DNA from: Candidatus Chisholmbacteria bacterium RIFCSPHIGHO2_01_FULL_52_32
GTDB lineage: Bacteria; Patescibacteriota; Microgenomatia; UBA1400; Chisholmbacteraceae
Direction of reading: 5' to 3'
NCBI GenBank assembly: GCA_001816585.1
Contig: MHCJ01000003.1
Span: forward strand, 522,681-586,680
Length of the DNA: 64,000 nucleotides
Shown here: positions 40,068 through 50,238 of the stretch, piece after piece
Position numbering within the stretch: position 1 is the first letter of the stretch
Layout of the letters: the number at the start of each line of letters is the position of its first letter
Position numbers and translations under genes: made by a program
The notes under the pieces: generated by a model
What the model was told of the DNA's origin: nothing
The model's input: only the letters and a program-made list of their open reading frames with translations
The model's database searches: none

Positions 40068-40583
40068 TTAGGGGACGAGGAGCTTCTTGACGGGGCTGGT
40101 TTTGGAGGACTTTCCACCGATATCGAATCCTCCGCTTCCCGGTTCATAGTCAGAAATGTAGATACCACTGCTATCTTTGTCCCAGCAATGAACCAATAGG
40201 CTTGAGAAGGAACTGTAATATGTACCAATTTCTTGGTTTACATCTGACCGGAAGATTTTTATCCATTTGGTTCTCATTCTTTGGCCATTTTCTATATCAA
40301 TATAATAATTCTTATCTGGAGAGTAAACGGGAAAGGGCCAATCCAGTGATGTTTGAGGGTAGATTTGTCTTGTCTCAGCACATACTTCTTTCAAAGAAAC
40401 TCCTAGCTCGGAAAGATTTGCCCACTTGAGTGTTGATCTGGGAGTATTACTCCACCACATTACTAGCACTAGAGCTGTAAGTATGAAACCTAAACTTAAA
40501 ATCTTCCATCTGTTTCTCCGTATTAGTGACGTTATATTTTTTCGTGACATGGAATGTGAGGTAAATATTCTATGGCCTTTCAA
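40068..40583 (-). CDS. Small membrane-anchored partner protein (paralog of 61128-61628)
   Basis: N-terminal TM; YSPDK, CW..DSSGIY, C-terminal GGKSSKTSPVKKLLVP. Confidence 0.75.
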   Translation of the reverse strand: MKGHRIFTSHSMSRKNITSLIRRNRWKILSLGFILTALVLVMWWSNTPRSTLKWANLSELGVSLKEVCAETRQIYPQTSLDWPFPVYSPDKNYYIDIENGQRMRTKWIKIFRSDVNQEIGTYYSSFSSLLVHCWDKDSSGIYISDYEPGSGGFDIGGKSSKTSPVKKLLVP

Positions 40584-40613
40584 GATGATGTTATCAGCTC
40601 GAGATATTCCAGG

Positions 40614-43600
40614 TCAATCCCCTACAATAAAGATTACATTAGCATCAAGCTCATGACCAAATTCAGATACACCTATCAGGTAAGTCTTGCCAGACTTAAA
40701 GTTGTAATCGCGAAGATGAAGATTAACGATGTAGTGTTGTTTGTCTGCGTCAATTCGTATGACATCGCTTTTCCCATGCAGACCTGGATTTTCCATTGAA
40801 AGGAATGCAATGGCCGAAGAGGGATTGCTCGGATCAACGACCCAAACCTGCACACTCTCATCTTCAGCAAATCTTCCTTCAGCATCACGAATGGTGAACT
40901 TGATGGGAAGGGTCGCATTGCGTGAAACTCTCGGCGGTTTATCCGGATCATTTAACGGTGAGTCCCATTGGATACTTAATGGAGCCGTGGGAAGACTAGC
41001 TCGATTATATGTAGCCGTATGCTCATGAATGTCTCCTGGTGAGGTGGTCCCTGTGAATTCTGCGAAGGTAAGAATGCCTGCGTCACTAAGCGCTTGTACT
41101 AGTACCATGTAATTTCCTTCCTCTACTCCTAGTAACTTGATTGTGTATTCTCCCTCCAAGGGATCCGGGATGAAGATGAAGTCCGGCTCATTAACCTCAA
41201 TTGATCTACTGAACAATGTTCCCGGAATTTCTGATAGTTCCTCACCTGTATTAAAATCAAGGCCCACTCGTCTTCCCAGAGGATCGGTTATCTGAATTTC
41301 CACCGGCGAGAGAATAATGAACCCTAAAGCAGCCTCATGCAAATTGATGCCCGGATCAACAAAGCCGGCGTTAAAAAATGGTCGTGTCTTCGTTAAGAGC
41401 TCTACAATGCTTTGTTGGAGTTGGGTCGGCAAGTGTCCATGCTCAATAATCGATGTATTATCTGCACTCAGATAATACCGGGGCACGAGACGAGTATCGA
41501 TGAAGCTTAGATCAGCGCTCGCTGTTGGTACGGTTTTATCTCCTCTTCCCAGTGGACGAAAATCTCTGCCTTTTAATACCTTTCCGTTCTGCCATATGCC
41601 ATAAATATCATCTAGAAGGTTGCGCCCCACGACTTTGTACAATTTGTCAGTATCCTCAAGTGGACGTTCATTCTCATAGCGATCTCCGACTACAGAAATC
41701 ACATTGTTTCCTCCTAACCGATTAATGAGAACTACTATATTTTCATTGAGTGAGGTCAAGAATTCATTTATCTGATGCCCGAATGGGTAAATCGAGTTTA
41801 AATTATCTGCGGCGACAAGATACCCTCCGGGATCATCCCTCAAATACTCATCCACTGGAAAAAGTTCTCGGATACTCGGCACCTTATCTTTAATGTATTG
41901 GTAGAGATCAGTCTTCGTGGTGAAGCAGAGCTTTGTGAGGTCGGTACAGTACCCTTTCTTCCTCGCTAGAGCGCGGAGTAACCATTCCGCAAGAATCTTT
42001 CCTTTATCGCCGACGATATCATCGAAGAAATCAAATTCCAGACCTTCTGCCGCCAGGTACGCTTTCGGTGCACCAAGGTGGGGTGTTCCTAGCGTGATCA
42101 GCCGATGGACATCTCCCGTGTATGAATCGCCTTGGACGTAGGCGCGGGACACAAGCCCGCCAAGACTGTGCCCAACAAGATCCACGGAAGAGGAGTCCAC
42201 GTACTCCGACACTGATGCTTTTGGAAGCATTGAGCTTCGTATTGCAATGCCTAACTCGCCTCCTGACTTGGAAATGTGCTGTCTCCAGTCATACGGGAAT
42301 GTGAATAGGCTTTGATCAACTTCGTACCCAGCAAATTGTAATTCTTCGAGAAGATTGTTATATGTACCGAGGATAGGATCTATAGTCCATTGTCCAAAAG
42401 CATTTTTCATCGAACCCAGTAGGCCGGGAATAACTACCACCGGATGGATTCGGGCAGTTGGGATAATCATGGTTTCTTGATCGACGCCGAGGATTTCTCC
42501 GTTTGAATCATTAAACATTTTCGCGGTAACGAGAATGGTTTGCCCCGACATCGGCTGAATCCACATCGGCCACATTATTGGGAGGGACTGACCGGGATTT
42601 AACCTTAATGCTCGTCTTAGTATCGCTGGTGGCTCGAGGAGCGTTCCATTATCTTCAAAGAGCAGGCGACTGGGATTTGAGAACGAGACTTCGAGATCCC
42701 CCACCATAATGGCAGATCCCGTATTTGACACACTCACTCGTACTTCCGTGGGATTCTGTGCATACCAACCATCTTCATTGAGCGTGAGTTCGTGCGGTAC
42801 AGCGACATCGACGATTGGACCAGAACCTAATGGTGCGGTGGTGGAGAAGAAAATATCCCAGCTGGTACCTTCGATTTCCTCCATCCAAACAGCATAGGCG
42901 TAGCCCTGTCCATCCATGGCCACATCGGGGGCAAGTTTGCGACGTGTCAGGTCAGGAGTAACGAGAGTGTTCGGACTCCAGGTTCCATCTGCCTCCCTAT
43001 ATGTAGAGTAGATCTCATAGGAATCAGGGAGAACAGTGATGAGGTTATCCGCCCAGACCACAACGGCCTCCCCGGCAGGAGTGACGGCAATTGCCGAAAA
43101 ATCACGGAAGCCATTTTGGGCGTCGCTGACTTGACTGATCGGATCCCATGCTCCACTCGCGTTCCGCTTGCGGAAGGCAATCTCCCAGTCCGGAGTGGCT
43201 TGTGTCCAAACCACATAGGAATTCGCGGAGGCGTCAATTCCGACATCGGGGTTTTGGCCGAAAGCGGTGGAGACGGGTTCGTTCGCTCCCCAAGAATCTC
43301 CTTGTGGACGATGGGAGAAATAGATCTGCTGGAGTCTATTGCGCAGATCGGTCCAAACTACAGCCGCATTCCCGCCCTGATCGACAGTAAGGGAGGGCCC
43401 GCGTGTACCGCTCGTGATCACGGACCCCGGGACATCGTTGACTAGTGTATCAGTTCCCCAGTTTCCTCCATGGGGTCGGTAGTCGAAAAAGAGGTCTTGA
43501 AAATCAGTAGAATCGGGAGGATTCCGCCGATCATACCAAGCAGCATAGGCATTTCCCGCAGGATCAACGGCAATATCCGCATAGGGCTGGGCTTGGGCAT

Positions 43601-44036
43601 CGGGATCGGTTACCTGTTCCCGAACGAGGGTTTCCGTGGCCCAGCCTCCCCCGGCAGGAAGAAAGACAAACCAGAGTTTCCCAAAGCTTTCCCAAAGCAC
43701 ATAGGCATTCCCGCCTGCGTCCACGGCGATACTCGGTTCGTCGCCGACCGTTAAGGCATCGTTCACCTGTACTTCCGATCCCCAATTCCCTCCCGCAGGA
43801 CGGTAATCCACGTAGATGTCAAAGTGATTACTATTTCGCTTATCCATCCAGACCGCGTAGGCGTTGCCCGCCCCATCAACCGTAACTGAAATTGCCGGAT
43901 ACCACTGCTCGGCAGGTCCAAGGTCATCATTCACTCGGACCTTGGGGCTCCAAACAGGGTCGGCGGCATGGGCAGAGGGAGTAAAAAAGAAAAAAGGGAG
44001 GAAAAAGAGAAGTGTGAAGATGCATCGGCGGATCAT
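40614..44036 (-). CDS. Secreted multidomain lipase/acyltransferase (beta-propeller-like repeats + LCAT/PGAP1-like alpha/beta hydrolase + PxKF-like domain)
   Basis: P.IAVD..GNAY.VW repeats; VIPGLLGS, YDWR, GHSLGG, LGTPHLG, GD.TVP, His; TLPIKF. Confidence 0.88.
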   Translation of the reverse strand: MIRRCIFTLLFFLPFFFFTPSAHAADPVWSPKVRVNDDLGPAEQWYPAISVTVDGAGNAYAVWMDKRNSNHFDIYVDYRPAGGNWGSEVQVNDALTVGDEPSIAVDAGGNAYVLWESFGKLWFVFLPAGGGWATETLVREQVTDPDAQAQPYADIAVDPAGNAYAAWYDRRNPPDSTDFQDLFFDYRPHGGNWGTDTLVNDVPGSVITSGTRGPSLTVDQGGNAAVVWTDLRNRLQQIYFSHRPQGDSWGANEPVSTAFGQNPDVGIDASANSYVVWTQATPDWEIAFRKRNASGAWDPISQVSDAQNGFRDFSAIAVTPAGEAVVVWADNLITVLPDSYEIYSTYREADGTWSPNTLVTPDLTRRKLAPDVAMDGQGYAYAVWMEEIEGTSWDIFFSTTAPLGSGPIVDVAVPHELTLNEDGWYAQNPTEVRVSVSNTGSAIMVGDLEVSFSNPSRLLFEDNGTLLEPPAILRRALRLNPGQSLPIMWPMWIQPMSGQTILVTAKMFNDSNGEILGVDQETMIIPTARIHPVVVIPGLLGSMKNAFGQWTIDPILGTYNNLLEELQFAGYEVDQSLFTFPYDWRQHISKSGGELGIAIRSSMLPKASVSEYVDSSSVDLVGHSLGGLVSRAYVQGDSYTGDVHRLITLGTPHLGAPKAYLAAEGLEFDFFDDIVGDKGKILAEWLLRALARKKGYCTDLTKLCFTTKTDLYQYIKDKVPSIRELFPVDEYLRDDPGGYLVAADNLNSIYPFGHQINEFLTSLNENIVVLINRLGGNNVISVVGDRYENERPLEDTDKLYKVVGRNLLDDIYGIWQNGKVLKGRDFRPLGRGDKTVPTASADLSFIDTRLVPRYYLSADNTSIIEHGHLPTQLQQSIVELLTKTRPFFNAGFVDPGINLHEAALGFIILSPVEIQITDPLGRRVGLDFNTGEELSEIPGTLFSRSIEVNEPDFIFIPDPLEGEYTIKLLGVEEGNYMVLVQALSDAGILTFAEFTGTTSPGDIHEHTATYNRASLPTAPLSIQWDSPLNDPDKPPRVSRNATLPIKFTIRDAEGRFAEDESVQVWVVDPSNPSSAIAFLSMENPGLHGKSDVIRIDADKQHYIVNLHLRDYNFKSGKTYLIGVSEFGHELDANVIFIVGD

Positions 44037-44155
44037 GCTCGGTTTCAGAGGTAGTTAAGGGCATTGTCGCACAGAAAAAATGAAACGCAAAGAGGCAACA
44101 GTCACATTCAGATGCACAGACATATACAGGTGCGACCTGTACATGGATTCCTCTC

Positions 44156-44260
44156 TTGACAATAGTTCATAATTTACTATGATTGCAGCCGAGAGCAAAC
44201 AGTATTTTGCCGACCGCAAACGGAGGCAGTTTCTTTGCATAAAGGAGCTGCTTTTTTCTT
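44156..44260 (+). promoter_or_regulatory. Promoter, conserved leader hairpin and overlapping terminator
   Basis: TTGACA 44156/TATGAT 44178; GCCGACCGCAAACGGAGGCA 44209-44228; 15-bp stem 44222-44236/44241-44255 then TTCTT. Confidence 0.75.
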
Positions 44261-44298
44261 CATGATGCATTTTCGTTTCAGTGCGTCAGGGGATTGTT

Positions 44299-45030
44299 AT
44301 GGCTGTACGGAAACAAACGACACTCGATCTTTCGAAGCAACGGCTGCTGATCATCGCTCCTCACCCCGATGATGAGGTGATCGGCTGCGGGGGGCTTATG
44401 GTCCGGGTTAAAGAGGAAGGCGGAAAGGTGTATGTCCTGATCATGACCGTCGGTGATACCAACGATTTCTCCAAGACCGGTTATTCATCCCAGAAAGAAC
44501 GCATGAAGGAGATCGATGATGTGGCAAACTATTTTCGTCTCGACGGATGTCATGTCGCTCTCGGAGGGAATTCAAATCACCTTCGACTGGATCAGCAAGC
44601 CCAGTTGGACCTCATATCTATTATCGAACGTGGTACGCCTGTTTCCATTGAAACCGTCAAACCGACTATGATCCTCTTCCCGCAGTTGACAAGCTACAAT
44701 CAAGATCATCGGGCAGCCACCCGCGCCGCCTTTGCCGCGTGCCGGCCGGCATCGCGTCGATATAAATCGCTACCCAAGTTAATCCTTTCCTATGAGGAAG
44801 CGGCAGATCAGTGGAGCCTGGAGCATCTGCCTCCCGTCAATTTCTTCGTCGGGATTTCCGCGCGACACCTCCATAAGAAAATCTCCGGCCTTCGCCTCTA
44901 CCAAAGCCAATGGCGCGCGCGCGCCAATCCCCGCTCTGCAAAAGCCCTGGCAGGACTCGCGGCTTTGCGGGGGGCCCAAACCGGCGTTAACCTCGCAGAA
45001 GCCTTTTTCTGTCAGCGTTTTCTCGCGTAA
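44299..45030 (+). CDS. PIG-L family deacetylase
   Basis: APHPDDE..GCGG, ER.KE, QDH, AEAF. Confidence 0.92.
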   Translation: MAVRKQTTLDLSKQRLLIIAPHPDDEVIGCGGLMVRVKEEGGKVYVLIMTVGDTNDFSKTGYSSQKERMKEIDDVANYFRLDGCHVALGGNSNHLRLDQQAQLDLISIIERGTPVSIETVKPTMILFPQLTSYNQDHRAATRAAFAACRPASRRYKSLPKLILSYEEAADQWSLEHLPPVNFFVGISARHLHKKISGLRLYQSQWRARANPRSAKALAGLAALRGAQTGVNLAEAFFCQRFLA

Positions 45031-45054
45031 ATCCCAAGCGTTACTTGATAGCGT

Positions 45055-45864
45055 ATGCGATATTCCGGAATACAACCACAATACTTCCCCAGGCTCCATT
45101 ACTTTGCGAGAGCACTTCAATCGGATGTGTTTGTCTTTCGCGATGATGTCCAGTTCGTTCGGAAGCATAAATATCCCGACGGAAGGACCGATAAATCTTT
45201 TCAGGTTCATACCCCGATTAAGCAATCGTTCGGGATTCAACTTCTGTCAGTCCCCGTCCAGTCGAGCGGCTTCCCCACGTTAATCACGACTCCGGTTTCC
45301 CGCTCGGTTGATTGGGCCGGTGCACAGCTTAAGACCCTGCAGATTGCTTACGGACAATCGCCGAACTTTGCCGAAGTGTATGAGGAGATCAATAAAATCA
45401 TGTATACTCCGTACGTGTACCTTGCCGATCTCAATATCGCAACCGTTCTGTGGGGAATTCTTCGTCTTCTCGGGGTCAAACGGATCAACCCCAAACAGTT
45501 AACACTTGAGACTGTCAATCGGAAACTTGCTGTCAAGCGTCCGGTTCGGTTGAAAACCATCAAGAAAGCCTCGCAAAGCAGAGCCTTGCCGAAGCTTGTT
45601 CATGCCACGGCGAACGAGAAGATTTTTTCCCTTATCAAAGAAGCCGGAGCTGATGAAGATTATTGCGGAGGGACCGCCTACGCTGCCTATATGGATCAGG
45701 AGGGGTATCGGAAGCACGGCATTACGATAACCGTTCAGGAATGGGTTTGCCCGGAATACCCGCAACGGTTCACCCGACAACTTGGGTTCCTCCCGAATCT
45801 GTCGATTATTGATCTTCTGATGAATGTTCCTGCCAAACAAGCCCTATCCATACTAACGCAATAA
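45055..45864 (+). CDS. WbqC family protein
   Basis: IQPQYFP, DDVQF, YPQ, F.PNLSIIDLLMN. Confidence 0.92.
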   Translation: MRYSGIQPQYFPRLHYFARALQSDVFVFRDDVQFVRKHKYPDGRTDKSFQVHTPIKQSFGIQLLSVPVQSSGFPTLITTPVSRSVDWAGAQLKTLQIAYGQSPNFAEVYEEINKIMYTPYVYLADLNIATVLWGILRLLGVKRINPKQLTLETVNRKLAVKRPVRLKTIKKASQSRALPKLVHATANEKIFSLIKEAGADEDYCGGTAYAAYMDQEGYRKHGITITVQEWVCPEYPQRFTRQLGFLPNLSIIDLLMNVPAKQALSILTQ

Positions 45865-45872
45865 GTCTGACT

Positions 45873-47027
45873 TTGCCCAACAACCGAGTTTTACCAAGAC
45901 TAGGCTTTCTGGTTCTCGCCTTTATCATTTTGTTCCTGACGCTTTTGAAGGTTCTTTTAAGCGTCCGCAGTCCCACGATCGCCCCCATGACTACTCGTGA
46001 AGATTCCGAGAGCCCATCGGTCAGAAATTTCCCCCTAGCGGTGCGCGGTTCGCTCCCGTATTGGGATCAACAACCGGCGTTTAACTCTTTTTCAACCAAC
46101 GTTGACCGATTCCGGCACATCAGTCTGTTTTGGTACTACATGACGGAGAAAGGGGAAGTTCATAAATATGCTTATGCGAAAGAAGATCGGGCCATCATCG
46201 AATTTGCCCATGCTAACAAAGTGTCTGTTTCGGCAGTGATCACCAATCTTCCCGATGATCCCGATGCCGGCTGGGATTCGTCGCGCGTCGAAGCCGTCCT
46301 TGAAGACCCGGTGAGGCGGACATTTCTTATCGGCCAAATCTCGGAGAAGCTATCTGAGCTTGGCTTTGATGGGGTGTCTATCGATTATGAAGCGGTCGAT
46401 GGGGGGCAGCGTGGGCCTTTCTCGTTGTTTATCAAGGAACTTTCAGGAGTCCTCCATAAAGAGAACAAGTACGTTGGAGTAGCCCTTCACCCAAAAACAG
46501 GAGAAAAGGCAGATGAGCGGTACCGGTTCCAGGATTGGCGGGCGATCGGGCAATACGCGGACTATTTATACATTATGGCCTACGGAGAGCATTGGGATGG
46601 CGGTTCTCCCGGGCCGATTGCCTCAATGCCATGGGTTGAGCGGATCAGCGACTATGCCATCCGGGCGCGTGTTCCGCGTAAAAAAGTCTTCCTCGGTATT
46701 CCCCTCTACGGTTACGATTGGGAAAAGGGCAGCAATGAGGAGGCTTTGGGCCTTACCTATACGGATGTTCAGCGGATTCTTGGAGAATACCGGGTCAAGG
46801 AGCAGTGGGACCCAGAAGCACAGACGCCGTATTTTATCTATGAGAACGACGGACAGACCCATGAAGTGTGGTTTGAAAACGCAAAGAGCGTTGAAGCAAA
46901 AGTCTCTTTGGCGGATCGACTAGGCTTCGGGGGCGTTACCTTCTGGCGACTAGGGGGAGAGGATCCGGAAGTATGGGAAAAATTAGGTCAATTTACTGAA
47001 CCCGTGTTAAGACCCTCTGCGCATTAG
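45873..47027 (+). CDS. GH18 glycoside hydrolase (chitinase/YaaH-like), membrane-anchored
   Basis: FDGVSIDYE, IMAY, PGPIA, LGIPLYGYDW, WRLGGED. Confidence 0.93.
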   Translation: MPNNRVLPRLGFLVLAFIILFLTLLKVLLSVRSPTIAPMTTREDSESPSVRNFPLAVRGSLPYWDQQPAFNSFSTNVDRFRHISLFWYYMTEKGEVHKYAYAKEDRAIIEFAHANKVSVSAVITNLPDDPDAGWDSSRVEAVLEDPVRRTFLIGQISEKLSELGFDGVSIDYEAVDGGQRGPFSLFIKELSGVLHKENKYVGVALHPKTGEKADERYRFQDWRAIGQYADYLYIMAYGEHWDGGSPGPIASMPWVERISDYAIRARVPRKKVFLGIPLYGYDWEKGSNEEALGLTYTDVQRILGEYRVKEQWDPEAQTPYFIYENDGQTHEVWFENAKSVEAKVSLADRLGFGGVTFWRLGGEDPEVWEKLGQFTEPVLRPSAH

Positions 47028-47042
47028 GGTTATCCCATGCCT

Positions 47043-47996
47043 CTACTCGGTGCCTGTCTCATGAACGAATTTCAATACATTTGCGGTGAGGTGTTGGATT
47101 TTCGCCTCGTAATCTTCTTGAATACCTCCTGATGCGCGTGGTGTTTTCCCGTCAGCTTCGTACAGCAATTCCCGGTATTTCTCGAGAGAGAATTCAGCGA
47201 CACCGCGGAGCTCCGGATGGGCGAGAATCTTCGGCCAATTACTGATCCTCCTTCCGTCAACCGTGTCAACAAAATTCGTCCCGTCTAAGGCGTGTAGCTC
47301 TTCCTCCGGAGCTGGCCTTATCCCGTGCCTTAAGGAGGCAAAACGCTCGAAATCCGGCGCGAAATCACACACCCACTTAACAAAAGCGTGGGAGTGAGAC
47401 TCTCCATGTTTCCATGCCACTCCCCCTTCCTGATCCCAATTGCTGCCAGCAAAATGGACTCCATGAGCCTGTTCTAAAACCTGCTTTAGCGAAATAAAGT
47501 CAGGGGTATTCGGGCGCGCCATATAGTTCATCCAGTTGCCTCCGTCGCCGTTGATGAGAAAAAACCGCTCAAAACCTTCACGCTTTAATCTCCCGATTAC
47601 GGCATGCCAGATTTCGAGCATCGGGGAAGTTTGCGAAGCATTGAACTGTTCCCAATCTTCAATGGCGACTGATCCGGGAATATCCTTGGTTACCGAGTAG
47701 GTTCCGATATCCGCAAAGCTGTTGAAAATTATTGGTCGGATGCCGTGTTTTTTATGCAAATCAAATGCGACTCGATCAGTTGCTACTTGGGCCATCATCG
47801 CATCCAAACCCAGTGCTAAATATGGTCCGTGGGCTTCAAGGACTCCCCATGTTACGAGGACGAGCCGATTCTCCGGTGGGGTTGCTTCAACGTGGTCGGA
47901 AAGCTCACGCGAACCCATCCGCCGCCAATAGAGAAGCTCCGGTGGCCAGAGTTTTTGTTGAAATTCCGAAGGTGGTAGAGACTCTTCCGTCGACAT
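47043..47996 (-). CDS. Creatininase-family amidohydrolase (divergent)
   Basis: G.LEAHGPYL.LG.D, PGSV, INGDGGN; start moved to MSTEE. Confidence 0.7.
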   Translation of the reverse strand: MSTEESLPPSEFQQKLWPPELLYWRRMGSRELSDHVEATPPENRLVLVTWGVLEAHGPYLALGLDAMMAQVATDRVAFDLHKKHGIRPIIFNSFADIGTYSVTKDIPGSVAIEDWEQFNASQTSPMLEIWHAVIGRLKREGFERFFLINGDGGNWMNYMARPNTPDFISLKQVLEQAHGVHFAGSNWDQEGGVAWKHGESHSHAFVKWVCDFAPDFERFASLRHGIRPAPEEELHALDGTNFVDTVDGRRISNWPKILAHPELRGVAEFSLEKYRELLYEADGKTPRASGGIQEDYEAKIQHLTANVLKFVHETGTE

Positions 47997-48010
47997 CGTT
48001 GATGGTTTTA

Positions 48011-48778
48011 TCAGAGCGTAAATACTCTGTCTTTCAATGCTTCGCTTAAGATATTTTTTCTCGGATACTGCTCGAGTAATTGCTGCATAAATCCCTCTCC
48101 GTACTCGACGCGGGCCTGTTGGCCACGCGTGATTGCCCAACGCCGGGTTTTTTCAACCGAATCAATTGTTCTCCCTGATGATTCTACCTTTAAAAAGCCA
48201 ATTTGACTTTTGTGTGAAGCAAAGGCGCTGAGTTTGGTCTCGACTACTTCACTAATATCCACGATAGTGTTTACCCTGACGATTTGGCCGTCTAGACCGA
48301 TTAATCCTTGCGGGTCCGTGTGGTAGACCCAGGGTTGCTTTTCAAGTGCCGGAGCATTTGTTTCAACAGGAAAATTGGGATGTGTGGCTTCCGGAACCGC
48401 CCAGAGAACGAGCTGTCCTGTATGGGCGTGGTCCGTCATGTAGTCGACAGTGGGGTGGGTGAAAATGATTTGCGGTTGATATTCACGCATTAGCTTGACG
48501 ATCTTTTTTGTGGTTTCAAGATCGTAGCTTACACATCCATCACGGATATTAAGACACGTTACTTTTGCGCCGATTTTCTTGGCTCCCAGTTTCGCTTCTT
48601 TTTGCCTTATTTTGACGATTTCTTTTGCACTTAATTCATTCGTGCCACATTCACCGGCTGTTAACACGGCGATCAGGATATCATATCCTTGCTTGCGAAG
48701 GAGAAGCAGTGTTCCCCCGCAGAATTGCTCCATGTCGTCATAGTGGGCGCCGATTGCGAGGACTTTTTTCTGATTCAT
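48011..48778 (-). CDS. PIG-L family deacetylase
   Basis: GAHYDD.E..CGG, IR.KEA, DY..DH, H.SQ; TATAAT 6 nt before the ATG. Confidence 0.92.
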   Translation of the reverse strand: MNQKKVLAIGAHYDDMEQFCGGTLLLLRKQGYDILIAVLTAGECGTNELSAKEIVKIRQKEAKLGAKKIGAKVTCLNIRDGCVSYDLETTKKIVKLMREYQPQIIFTHPTVDYMTDHAHTGQLVLWAVPEATHPNFPVETNAPALEKQPWVYHTDPQGLIGLDGQIVRVNTIVDISEVVETKLSAFASHKSQIGFLKVESSGRTIDSVEKTRRWAITRGQQARVEYGEGFMQQLLEQYPRKNILSEALKDRVFTL

Positions 48779-48836
48779 GAAGTGATTATACCTCAACTTC
48801 GTTCCCAAGAAATAAAGGTGTGGTGACTACTATCTT

Positions 48837-50102
48837 TTAAACCTCTCTTCTGGTGGGCGAGATCCACCGACCTTCTGAAGATCGGAAGAATCCGGGAATG
48901 ATTGAAGTCAATAAAATGAGGGACGTTACGTAATGCATAAAGAAGAAGAATAAGCCATAGATGAGAAGCTGGGGTCTTTTGTATATCCATGCGACAATTA
49001 TTGTTAGCCAATAATCCATGAGAAACGTACCGAAAAAAAGCGTGCGGAGGCTAATGGATTTGTACGGTCCGAATTGCGAAGAGAAAGTCATCACCGTAGT
49101 GAATATGGGATGAAGACTTGCCAGTGATGGGAAGATCCAAAGAAGAAGAAGCAGGGGGAGTAGAACGATAAAGATTGAGTTGAGTGTTACCTCTAAGGAA
49201 AAGGTTCCTAACGCCAACCAGAAGAAAGAAGGCCAGATTCCGTTTTGCCTTATTGTTTGAAAGAATCCGATATTCCATCGCCTTACCTGTTTCCAATAAT
49301 CCTTTAGGTTGTCCGGATACTGTTCCCAGCCGATGAGTGACGTGTGATAGGCAATCTTACCCAGTTTCTTCCTGTGTAACTGAAACGCCAAATTAAAGTC
49401 TTCAATGAGCAGTCCCGGAGTGTCGATTTCCAATTGTTTAAGGATTTTTGATCGGTAGATCGTGCAAAAACCTGGGATCACGTAGTTGACGTTGGTGTAT
49501 TTCCAGGTCTGACCATAGATATAAAAATAGACAAGGAGTCTGTTTAACCGATCTCTGTAGGAAACAAAATACCATTTCAGCCTTGGGAAAATGTGTTGTG
49601 GCCAGTGGATCTTCGTCGCTGCAGTGACAACCGAGATTTCCGGGTCGTTGAAAAACGGGAGGGCGCGGGGGATGAGATTTTTATCTACCCTGTTATCAGC
49701 GTCAACGATGAAAATTAACTGGTATTTTTTAAAGAGATGGAAGCGTTTAAAAAGGTATTTCAGGGCTCTCGCCTTCCCTCGGCCAGGGTTGAGGCGGGAG
49801 ACGTGACAACCCTCCATGCGGGCTCTTCGGTAGGTTTTATCCGATGAGCCATCAGAAACAACGTAGATTTGCTTTGGACGAAGTGAGTATTTCAGGGACT
49901 TGATGCATTGTCTAATGATCACTTCTTCATTATGAGCTGGGACGACTACCGCAATGTCGTTTGGTTTCATTTTCGTTTTCATGTTTCTCGTGGTTTTCGT
50001 TCTTCTCCCAAGCTTCTCAGTCAATAACCGCACGAGACCGATGATTCCCCAGAACGACGAAGTAATTCCGAATGGCAAACCGAATGGAGAAATTGGCTTC
50101 AT
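48837..50102 (-). CDS. Processive GT2 glycosyltransferase (PgaC/IcaA/cellulose-synthase-like)
   Basis: PAHNEE, SDGSSD, GKA.A, DAD, ED, QVRRW; C-terminal TMs. Confidence 0.9.
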   Translation of the reverse strand: MKPISPFGLPFGITSSFWGIIGLVRLLTEKLGRRTKTTRNMKTKMKPNDIAVVVPAHNEEVIIRQCIKSLKYSLRPKQIYVVSDGSSDKTYRRARMEGCHVSRLNPGRGKARALKYLFKRFHLFKKYQLIFIVDADNRVDKNLIPRALPFFNDPEISVVTAATKIHWPQHIFPRLKWYFVSYRDRLNRLLVYFYIYGQTWKYTNVNYVIPGFCTIYRSKILKQLEIDTPGLLIEDFNLAFQLHRKKLGKIAYHTSLIGWEQYPDNLKDYWKQVRRWNIGFFQTIRQNGIWPSFFWLALGTFSLEVTLNSIFIVLLPLLLLLWIFPSLASLHPIFTTVMTFSSQFGPYKSISLRTLFFGTFLMDYWLTIIVAWIYKRPQLLIYGLFFFFMHYVTSLILLTSIIPGFFRSSEGRWISPTRREV

Positions 50103-50238
50103 TCTATTGAACTGCCTTTGGTGATTGTAATATTGAGCTCAAGAAGCGAATTATACCACTCTCTGCAGGCTATTTTAGGGATGATGTGGCGTAGCAACCT
50201 TGAGAATGGAAAGTGCCTATGATAGAATGCAGGCCGTT